DNA of 64,000 nucleotides from Chlamydiia bacterium (GTDB lineage Bacteria; Chlamydiota; Chlamydiia; Chlamydiales; 2-12-FULL-49-11): NCBI GenBank assembly GCA_044359535.1, contig JBIKLZ010000001.1, positions 94,855 to 158,854 of the forward strand, read 5' to 3'. Shown piece by piece: positions 56,640 to 64,000 of this stretch (position 1 is its first letter; each line of letters starts with the position of its first letter). The notes under the pieces were generated by a model. It saw only the letters and a program-made list of their open reading frames with translations, ran no database searches and was not told where the DNA came from. The position numbers and the translations under genes were made by a program.

Positions 56640-56726
56640 ATGGAACAGACAATTCTTGTTTTAAAATTTAGTGGTGGTTCTTTAAAAAAGGTCCATCCAT
56701 TTGAAAATGTGGCTACACCCATTTGA
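56640..56726 (+). pseudogene. 28-codon ORF resembling an aspartokinase/amino-acid-kinase N-terminus
   Basis: MEQTILVLKFSGGSLKKVHPFENVATPI* resembles the LysC start pattern (xxVxKFGGxS......VA.II). Confidence 0.45.
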
Positions 56727-56735
56727 AGGCAAATC

Positions 56736-58586
56736 ATGACAAAGGATATGTTTGATGAATCCCTTTTAGAAAATAGCCCAAGGGGGGCTTCATCCTTAAT
56801 AGCAAAAACAATTGTCCATTCATTATTATCTCAAGAGCAAATTGGAGATTCTTCAAATATTGAGGCTATCCTCCCTAAAGTCTCCTTTATTCACGACGAT
56901 CATGGGGTTTTTATCCTTCAAACCCTCTCTCATCATCTAAAAAGCGCTTCAAAGTTTATTCATGAATTTATCCACTCAGAAGTGGAGACAGTTTCAGCGC
57001 TAGAAGTGGAAAGTTTTTGTTCCTTTCCCTTTAGATTTTTTGAATTAGATACAAAAAAATATCTTGTTACAGAAACCCTTATTTCAGTCACAGATACAGC
57101 GATGATAGAAAGGTGTTATACAGTGGTTAAACAAATTCAAAAGCAGATCCTCTTAGGTTTAAGATCTAGTTTTTATGCACGGATGGTTTTAGAGATGAAA
57201 GGTCAATCTCTTGAAGGAAAAAGTTCCTATGTTCAGGAAAGGATTATGAGTTATATTCACCGCTTTCCTAAGCTGTTTGATTATGATTTGATCCCTTTAA
57301 TGAACCAGTTTATGACCGATGCTAAAGAAGAGTTTACTAAAAATCGATCGATAAAGGATTTATCAAAAATTATTGTGACCTTTTATCACATATATAAAAA
57401 GCTTTCGCATAAATCAAAAATTAGAGGCGGTGCCCGAGAGATTTTTACAAAGTCTTCGACCCTTTTTATAGAGGAGTTATTTGGAAGAAAAAAGGTGATC
57501 AGTATTGTGGTTGGTATCTCTCATTTGTATGAAAATGAGCGTCTTGAAAAAGAGCACTTGATAAAAGCGTGCAAAGCTCTTATTAAAGGGGCAACAGTTA
57601 TTGAGCACTCCTTTTTAAAAATTTTTGCAAAAGGGGAAGGGGGTTATTTATTTTACATAGAGCTTGAAAAAAGGGAAGGGGCTATTTCTTTTCAGGAGAT
57701 CAAGAGTTTAAAAGAGAGTTTAAAGAAGAATATTGAGTCCCATATTCAAAAATTTGCCCGAAAGATGTTTATGCCTCAAAACACTGAAGAGGTGATTAAA
57801 TATACAGTTGCCCTATCTAAGGAGTTGGGTTCAAAAGAAGATCTTCCACAAGTTGCTGTTCTGTTTGATTCTCAATCAAATGACAATTTATTGTTTACGG
57901 CTATTGTTGTTAAGGTGAGTGGAAAATGTTCCCCTTTTGAGCTTTTTGAAAAGGGGGAGGGGCGTGGATATAGTTGTAAAATTAAACAAGTTCGGATCCT
58001 TGGAGAATTTAAAGAGGGGATTGAATTAAGTTATTCTATGAAAGTCTCTTCTTTTATGAGAGAAGATTACTCCATTGACATTTACCGAGCACGAGCAAAG
58101 ATTATTTGGGATTTACAAAAACGACTTGGAGAAATTCGGGACTACAATGGAGGGATGCTTGAAAAACAGGGAGATGTGCTTTCCCTTTGTCAAGGGATTT
58201 TAAGAAAAAAAGGGGTAAAAAACAGCGTCCTTGTTGAAAACTTTTTTTATGCAATCCATCCATCAGAAATAAGAGCGATGATTAGCATCGACCAATTTAT
58301 CGAGTTTTTTACCCCTTTTTATGAATTATTTACCTATAAAACATCTAAAGATACTTTTTTACACATTCGCGATGGAAGAATTTTATTTTTAGCAAGGGTG
58401 AAAACAGAGCGGAAAAAGGAGGCTTTCTTAAATGAAATAAAGCATTTTGAAAGCACAATTGGCGGGCTGATTTTTTTTTCTTTATCCATTCAGGAGAAGT
58501 TTTATATAGGGGTTCATTTTAAATTTCAGGATGAAGAAACAAAAGAGTTGTTTTTAGGAAAGATGTCTCTTTGTCTTAAACTCTAA
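56736..58586 (+). CDS. Hypothetical protein (616 aa)
   Basis: Long ORF with normal codon style; conserved-looking blocks FMPQNTEEVIK, LPQV, RDYNGGMLEKQ, ENFFY. Function not recognised. Confidence 0.75.
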   Translation: MTKDMFDESLLENSPRGASSLIAKTIVHSLLSQEQIGDSSNIEAILPKVSFIHDDHGVFILQTLSHHLKSASKFIHEFIHSEVETVSALEVESFCSFPFRFFELDTKKYLVTETLISVTDTAMIERCYTVVKQIQKQILLGLRSSFYARMVLEMKGQSLEGKSSYVQERIMSYIHRFPKLFDYDLIPLMNQFMTDAKEEFTKNRSIKDLSKIIVTFYHIYKKLSHKSKIRGGAREIFTKSSTLFIEELFGRKKVISIVVGISHLYENERLEKEHLIKACKALIKGATVIEHSFLKIFAKGEGGYLFYIELEKREGAISFQEIKSLKESLKKNIESHIQKFARKMFMPQNTEEVIKYTVALSKELGSKEDLPQVAVLFDSQSNDNLLFTAIVVKVSGKCSPFELFEKGEGRGYSCKIKQVRILGEFKEGIELSYSMKVSSFMREDYSIDIYRARAKIIWDLQKRLGEIRDYNGGMLEKQGDVLSLCQGILRKKGVKNSVLVENFFYAIHPSEIRAMISIDQFIEFFTPFYELFTYKTSKDTFLHIRDGRILFLARVKTERKKEAFLNEIKHFESTIGGLIFFSLSIQEKFYIGVHFKFQDEETKELFLGKMSLCLKL

Positions 58587-58605
58587 AATCAGTATAATAG
58601 GTTTC

Positions 58606-59286
58606 ATGAAACAACATACATTAGAGCTAGAACCTTCATTAATCGGAGGGGATTTAGGGTTTGCTGTCGACACTGCAATGAAGGCAATTCATGCGGGAGC
58701 TAACATTTTACATCTTGATGTGATGGATGGATTGTTTGTCCCAAACTTGACTATCGGTCCAGCAATCATTGGAAGAATTCGAGAAAATATCCCAGAAAGA
58801 TCTATTTTAGATGTCCATTTGATGATCTATAATCCAGAAAATAAAATCGAGGACTTTGTGAAGGTAGGGTGCAATGAAATTACATTTCACATTGAAGCGA
58901 CAGAAGAGGTCGCTTATACAATCGATTATATTAAAAAATCAAATCGTTATGCTGGGATTGCCTTAAAGCCAGCAACAAGTGTTGAGCTTGTCGTTCCTTA
59001 TTTAAAAGAGATTGATAAAGTCCTTGTGATGACAGTGGAACCTGGATTTGGGGGACAAGAGTTTTTACCTGAAATGCTGAATAAGGTAAAGATCCTTGCT
59101 CACTATCGAAAAAAGTATGGGTTACAGTTTGATATACAAGTGGATGGGGGGATTAATTTTGAGACAGGAAGAGAAGCTGTCCTTGCAGGGGCAAATCGTT
59201 TAGTGTGTGGCTCTTTTTTTTATAAACAAAGAGATTTAAAAGAAGCTTTAAATACCTTTTACTCCTATAAAGGACTTATTTCATGA
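58606..59286 (+). CDS. rpe: Ribulose-phosphate 3-epimerase
   Basis: HLDVMDG.FVPNLTIG, DVHLM, MTVEPGFGGQ, VDGGIN. Confidence 0.96.
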   Translation: MKQHTLELEPSLIGGDLGFAVDTAMKAIHAGANILHLDVMDGLFVPNLTIGPAIIGRIRENIPERSILDVHLMIYNPENKIEDFVKVGCNEITFHIEATEEVAYTIDYIKKSNRYAGIALKPATSVELVVPYLKEIDKVLVMTVEPGFGGQEFLPEMLNKVKILAHYRKKYGLQFDIQVDGGINFETGREAVLAGANRLVCGSFFYKQRDLKEALNTFYSYKGLIS

Positions 59287-60299
59287 AGAAAAAAATCTGT
59301 ACAATCGGTGGAGGGACTGGAAATTTTGTCGTTTTAAGTGGTTTAAAAAAATATGATATTGATCTATCAGCAATTGTAGCAATGGCAGATAATGGGGGAA
59401 GTTCTGGGATTCTTCGTGATGAGCTTGGGGTTTTACCAGCTGGCGATGTTCGTCAATGTATTGTCGCTCTTTCTAATTCTTCTAAAGTGATGAGAGATTT
59501 AATGAATTACCGCTATGAAAATGGGGGGCTTCAAGGGCATAGTTTTGGCAATTTATTTTTATCTTCTTTAGAAAAGGTGACAGGGAGTTTTGAAAGGGCT
59601 ATTGATGAATTAGGGCTTATTTTAAATATTAAGGGAAAGGTCATCCCTGTAACAACGACTAAAACCCATTTAGAGATGATTCTATCTAGTGGTGAGGTCC
59701 TTAAGGGTGAAGAAGAAATCTATTTATCCGATAGGATAGATTTGGGTTATCAAAAAATCTATTTAACTCCCTATCCGGAAGTCAATCCTCGGGCGGTAGA
59801 AGAAATAATGAATGCAGATGTGGTTGTATTTGGTCCTGGAGGCTTGTATACATCTTTAATTTCATCCCTTTTAGTCGATGGGGTTGTTAAAGCTTTAAAT
59901 GAGACAAAAGCAACAAAAGTGTTTGTTGTGAATTTAATGAATCGAAAGGGTCAAACCTCTCAATTTACCACCTCTGATTATCTAAATGAGATTGAAAGGT
60001 ACACAGGCAGGGGTGTCTTTGATGTGGTTTTGGTCAATAATGAAATCCCAGATAGTGAAAGGATGAAAAGGTATGAATCAGAAGGGGACCTTGTGATCAA
60101 TGATTTGAAGGGGTGTTCTTCGGTGATTGATCGGCAGCTTTTAGGAAAAAGGGTGTTGCCAAAAAAAGGGGATCTAATCAAAAGAAATTTAATACGACAT
60201 GATATGGATAAACTTGCCAAAGAGATTATGTCTATTATTGAAGGGGAGTTAACAACTGTAGGAGAGGGAAATGGAAGAGACGCTATCTGTAACAAGTAA
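59283..60299 (+). CDS. yvcK: YvcK/GlmR (CofD-related) UDP-sugar-binding protein
   Basis: IGGGTG, MADNGGSSG.LR, PAGDVR, GHSFGNL, GPGGLYTS, IRHD. Confidence 0.9.
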   Translation: MKKKICTIGGGTGNFVVLSGLKKYDIDLSAIVAMADNGGSSGILRDELGVLPAGDVRQCIVALSNSSKVMRDLMNYRYENGGLQGHSFGNLFLSSLEKVTGSFERAIDELGLILNIKGKVIPVTTTKTHLEMILSSGEVLKGEEEIYLSDRIDLGYQKIYLTPYPEVNPRAVEEIMNADVVVFGPGGLYTSLISSLLVDGVVKALNETKATKVFVVNLMNRKGQTSQFTTSDYLNEIERYTGRGVFDVVLVNNEIPDSERMKRYESEGDLVINDLKGCSSVIDRQLLGKRVLPKKGDLIKRNLIRHDMDKLAKEIMSIIEGELTTVGEGNGRDAICNK

Positions 60300-60843
60300 T
60301 CAGATTACACCAGGGATGATTATCAACTTAGAAGGAGAAATTTATAGAGTCGATTCCTCTGTTAAAGTGACTATGGCTCGAGGGGTTCCCTTTGTAAAGA
60401 CAAAGCTAAAAAATCTTATAACAGATGAGGTGATAGAAAAAAGCTTTAACCAAAATCAATCAGTAAATGAGGTAAAGCTGAACCAAAGAGAACTTGAGTA
60501 TCTTTACCTAGAGAATAAAAAGCATTTATTTTTTGATATAGAAAATTTAGAGCAAGTGTTAGTGGATCAAGAAATTATTGGGGCAAAAGATAACTACTTA
60601 AAAGAGGGGATCATTGTAAATGCCCATTTTTATGGAACGACCATTTTTTCAGTGGAGTTGCCTGCATTTTTAGAGTTGTTGGTGGTAAAAACGGAAGAAT
60701 TAGATGCCTCTAACCCAATGAGTGCTTCTAATAAGCGTGCCATTCTTGAAACAGGGGCAAGGATGGAGGTGCCAATGTTTATTGAAACCGGGGATATTAT
60801 TAAAGTGGATACAGAAAATCAAGAGTATGTACAAAGGATTTAA
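60271..60843 (+). CDS. efp: Elongation factor P paralogue (divergent tip loop)
   Basis: Three-domain EF-P pattern (FVKTKLKNL, EYLY, YLKEG, K.AILETG....VP.FI..GD.IKVDT..EY..R); PGKG replaced by MARG. Confidence 0.9.
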   Translation: MEETLSVTSNQITPGMIINLEGEIYRVDSSVKVTMARGVPFVKTKLKNLITDEVIEKSFNQNQSVNEVKLNQRELEYLYLENKKHLFFDIENLEQVLVDQEIIGAKDNYLKEGIIVNAHFYGTTIFSVELPAFLELLVVKTEELDASNPMSASNKRAILETGARMEVPMFIETGDIIKVDTENQEYVQRI

Positions 60844-60844
60844 T

Positions 60845-61246
60845 GTGGATATTGATACTATTGAAACATGGATTAAAATGTTTAAAGAGTCGGGATTAAC
60901 TGAACTTTCAATCAAAAAGGGGGATTTTGAGGTGGTATTGAAAGGGGACCACTCGAGGGAAAAAGAGTCTAAAAAAGCTCCTCCAATGAAAGAGATTAAT
61001 GATATTGATTTAACTCACATTGTTCAATCATCGATGGTGGGAACCTTTTATAGAGGGGTATCAGCGGATGCACCCCCTTTTGTACAAGTGGGAGATAGGG
61101 TCAAAAAAGGGGATCCTTTATGTATCATAGAAGCGATGAAGGTGATGAATGTAATGAATGCCGAACGTGAGGGTTTGATTGTAAAAATTGAAGCAAAAGA
61201 TGGCGATCCCATTGAGTTTGGTGCGCAATTATTTGTGATGGAGTAG
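60845..61246 (+). CDS. accB: Acetyl-CoA carboxylase biotin carboxyl carrier protein
   Basis: SSMVGTFYR, CIIEAMKVMN biotinylation motif; GTG start 60845. Confidence 0.95.
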   Translation: MDIDTIETWIKMFKESGLTELSIKKGDFEVVLKGDHSREKESKKAPPMKEINDIDLTHIVQSSMVGTFYRGVSADAPPFVQVGDRVKKGDPLCIIEAMKVMNVMNAEREGLIVKIEAKDGDPIEFGAQLFVME

Positions 61247-62596
61247 ATGAAGAAAGTTTTAGTTGCAAATAGAGGGGAGATTGCTTGTAGAATCATTAAA
61301 GCCCTCAAAAAGTTATCTATTCATGCTGTAGCTATCTATAGTACTGCAGATAAAAATGCTGAGCATGTAAAACTTGCCGATAGCAGCATTTGTATTGGAC
61401 CCCCAAAAGCAATGGACTCGTATTTAAATATCTCAAGAATAATAGCAGCCTGTGAACTGTGTAATGTCGATGGCGTTCATCCTGGCTATGGTTTTTTAAG
61501 TGAAAATCCTTTATTTGCTGAAATTGTGGAGAAATCTGGATTAGTATTTATTGGACCCTCCTCTGATTTGATCCATGCATTAGGAAATAAAATCCAAGCT
61601 AAAAAAATCGCTAAGAGGGCAAAATGTCCAGTTATACCTGGCTCAGAAGGGGAGATTCAATCTCTTAATGAGGGGATCAAAACTGCAAAAGAAATAGGGT
61701 ATCCAGTTTTTATTAAAGCCTCTGCAGGGGGTGGGGGAAAAGGGATTACTATTGCCTCTAATGAAGGGGAATTTTCCTTAGCCTATTTTAAGGCAAAAAC
61801 AGAGGCTTTGCATCTTTTTAATGATTCTTCAATCTATATAGAAAAAATGATTGTGAATCCAAAACATATAGAAGTTCAAATTATTGGGGATCATCACGGA
61901 ACTGTTATACATGCCTATGAAAGGGATTGTTCACTTCAAAGAAGGAGGCAAAAATTAATAGAAGAGACCCCATCTGTGGCCCTTTCTTCTTCACTAAGAG
62001 AGCAGATATGCCAAGCTGCAGTTTCTCTGATGAAAGAGGCTGGATATCACTCTTTAGGGACTGTGGAGTTTTTGTTGGATAAAGAGGGGTTTTATTTTAT
62101 GGAGGTAAATACCCGTATTCAGGTAGAGCATACCATTACTGAGGAGCTTGTTGGGATCGATCTTGTAGCCATCCAAATTGCCATTGCTCAAGGGGAGAAG
62201 TTGCCTATAACGCAAAAAGATGTGAAACAAAAAGTAGGGCACGTGATGGAATTTAGGGTGAATGCAGAAGATTCAGATGCATTTATCCCCACCCCAGGGA
62301 TACTTACAGATTATAAAATTCCATCTGATCCGCAAGTGAGGGTGGATACAGGTTTTACTAAGGGAAGCACAGTTTCCCCTTATTACGATTCTCTTTTAGC
62401 AAAAGTGATTGTTAAAGGAAATTCAAGAGAAGAGGTCATTATAAAAAGTAAAGAGGTGTTGTCTACATTTTCTATAGAAGGGGTATGTTCGACGCTTCCC
62501 TTTTTTTTAAGGATTCTTGAAGGGGAAATGTTTAATAAAAGTGAACATCATATAGCATCAATCGATAATAAAGTCGGAAAGGAAAGTGTACATTGA
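61247..62596 (+). CDS. accC: Biotin carboxylase
   Basis: KVLVANRGEIA, HPGYGFLSEN, GGGGKG, ERDCSLQRRRQK, FMEVNTRIQVEH, YYDSLLAK. Confidence 0.96.
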   Translation: MKKVLVANRGEIACRIIKALKKLSIHAVAIYSTADKNAEHVKLADSSICIGPPKAMDSYLNISRIIAACELCNVDGVHPGYGFLSENPLFAEIVEKSGLVFIGPSSDLIHALGNKIQAKKIAKRAKCPVIPGSEGEIQSLNEGIKTAKEIGYPVFIKASAGGGGKGITIASNEGEFSLAYFKAKTEALHLFNDSSIYIEKMIVNPKHIEVQIIGDHHGTVIHAYERDCSLQRRRQKLIEETPSVALSSSLREQICQAAVSLMKEAGYHSLGTVEFLLDKEGFYFMEVNTRIQVEHTITEELVGIDLVAIQIAIAQGEKLPITQKDVKQKVGHVMEFRVNAEDSDAFIPTPGILTDYKIPSDPQVRVDTGFTKGSTVSPYYDSLLAKVIVKGNSREEVIIKSKEVLSTFSIEGVCSTLPFFLRILEGEMFNKSEHHIASIDNKVGKESVH

Positions 62597-63459
62597 AAAA
62601 AAAGGGTATTATTCTTGCTGGAGGTTTAGGAACTAGACTTTTTCCATTGACTCGATCGGTGAGTAAGCAATTACTTCCCATTTATGATAAACCAATGGTC
62701 TACTATCCCCTTTCTATCCTTATGAAGGCACAGATTCAAGAGGTGATGATTATTTCTACAGAAGAGGATATCGATCGATTTAAAAAACTTATTGGCAATG
62801 GAAAAAGCCTGGGGATGAAAATTGGGTACACAGTTCAAAAAGCCCCTACAGGTTTAGCTAGCGCCTTTGTTTTAGCCGAAGAATTTATTGGTAAGGACCC
62901 TGTGACATTGATTTTAGGGGATAATATTTTTTCAGGGGACCAATTGGATTTTTTGCTAAAAAATACACAATTTACATATCCAGGGGCTACTGTTTTTGCA
63001 ACAGAGGTAAAAGACCCTTCTAAATATGGAGTGGTGCAAAAAGGCAAAAAGGGTGAGGTGATAAAGCTTTTAGAAAAGCCCCCTTTACCCCCCACAAATT
63101 TAGCAGTGACAGGTCTATATTTTTATGATAACCAAGTAGTAGAGATTGCCAAGAGCCTTAAACCATCGGCAAGAGGAGAATTAGAGATTACCGATGTCAA
63201 TAATGTGTACTTGGAAATGAAAAAATTAAATGTGGTTGTCTTAGATAAAACTGTCACATGGTTTGATACAGGAAGTTTTGATACCCTTTTAGAAGCCTCT
63301 ATTTTTGTCAAAAATGAGCAGGAAAAAACGGGTCAATTGATTGGTTCTATAGAATTGATTGCCTATCAAAATGGATGGATAAATAGTGATGAACTAGAGG
63401 CCTTGGAGTTAATTTTTCAAAGCAGCGGTTATGGAAATAAATTAAGGTCTTTTGCTTGA
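62593..63459 (+). CDS. rfbA: Glucose-1-phosphate thymidylyltransferase
   Basis: KGIILAGG.GTRLFP.T..VSKQLLPIYDKPM, LILGDNIF, AVTGLYFYD, SARGELEITD, WFDTG. Confidence 0.95.
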   Translation: MKKKGIILAGGLGTRLFPLTRSVSKQLLPIYDKPMVYYPLSILMKAQIQEVMIISTEEDIDRFKKLIGNGKSLGMKIGYTVQKAPTGLASAFVLAEEFIGKDPVTLILGDNIFSGDQLDFLLKNTQFTYPGATVFATEVKDPSKYGVVQKGKKGEVIKLLEKPPLPPTNLAVTGLYFYDNQVVEIAKSLKPSARGELEITDVNNVYLEMKKLNVVVLDKTVTWFDTGSFDTLLEASIFVKNEQEKTGQLIGSIELIAYQNGWINSDELEALELIFQSSGYGNKLRSFA

Positions 63460-63633
63460 TTTTTTTCTTTTATATCGGTCTATATACCTTTGAATAAAAG
63501 CATCTCTTCCATCTGTAATCACAGGGGAATTTTTTTCATCTTGTTGAGCTCTGCCACGCTGTCTATAGATTAGCCAACCAAGAAGAATCTGCATAGAGAA
63601 AGTGAAAATAGTTTTGAATATGAATGGAATCAT
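63442..63633 (-). CDS. Small hypothetical membrane peptide
   Basis: ATG lies 1 nt after the YitT stop; hydrophobic N-terminus, basic C-terminus. Confidence 0.4.
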   Translation of the reverse strand: MIPFIFKTIFTFSMQILLGWLIYRQRGRAQQDEKNSPVITDGRDAFIQRYIDRYKRKKSSKRP

Positions 63634-63634
63634 T

Positions 63635-64000
63635 TTATGTCTCTATCTTGGGAGTAAGGATTGAACGTTGCTTTTTTTTGCTTCGAATTTTTGCTTTTGA
63701 GCTACCACTGCCCCCATAGATCACCTCATAGATATTGGAGATGGAGATAAAGGCTTTTGGATCAATGTCAAGAATAAGAGCTTTTAAATCGGCTAAATCA
63801 AGCCTTTCAACAATAATATTTAAAATATCGGTATTGCTCCCTGAATACCCCCCTCTACCAGGGGTAATGGTTAATCCAAGGCCAAGCTCTCTTAAAACAC
63901 TTTTTGCAATCTGCTCGGATTGAGCAGAGATGACAGACACAGACTTAATTTCATCAAGTCCTGTAATGACAAGATCGATCATTTTAAAAGCCACAATGTA
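63635..64000 (-). CDS. YitT family membrane protein (C-terminal DUF2179 part; truncated by window edge)
   Basis: IDLVITGLDE.KSV.VIS, GLT...GRGGYSG, IDPKAFI. Confidence 0.85.
   Translation of the reverse strand, partial: YIVAFKMIDLVITGLDEIKSVSVISAQSEQIAKSVLRELGLGLTITPGRGGYSGSNTDILNIIVERLDLADLKALILDIDPKAFISISNIYEVIYGGSGSSKAKIRSKKKQRSILTPKIET

Noticed and set aside
224-63923. Numerous 60-140-aa ORFs nested in or antisense to identified genes
   Set aside because: No motifs or RBS, and fully explained as shadows of the real genes.

Overview
AT-rich, densely packed chromosomal segment of a member of the phylum Chlamydiae, most likely a non-Chlamydiaceae environmental lineage. The assignment rests on the fused glyQS, an NTT nucleotide transporter, the malQ-scc1-copN-cdsV-cdsU type III secretion block followed by ychF-ribF-truB-rbfA-infB-nusA-rpsA, and the rnpA-rpmH-rpmJ-rpsN, uvrC-mutS-dnaG and glgA-tRNA-Gln-rplY-pth-rpsF-rpsR-rplI blocks. 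Most genes are housekeeping; no CRISPR array, rRNA or mobile element was found. The main candidate novel system is a cluster of three Inc-like membrane proteins (14092-15548). The first has, after its bilobed hydrophobic anchor, a Pro-rich segment, a WH2-like motif, a C-like helix and a terminal D-S-E-W motif, the order seen in WASP/WAVE Arp2/3 activators. The third has an acidic DDDEWAEV motif (LIR-like or Arp2/3 acidic-like). Other observations: a phospholipase D gene that apparently starts at ATA, in frame with rpmB; a 28-codon aspartokinase-like remnant with its own promoter; RbfA with a 72-residue acidic tail; RibF lacking its kinase domain; a possible pseudokinase; a membrane-anchored dual-specificity phosphatase; and an inserted DUF3472-like secreted protein. 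All family calls come from motif recognition by eye, with no database searches.
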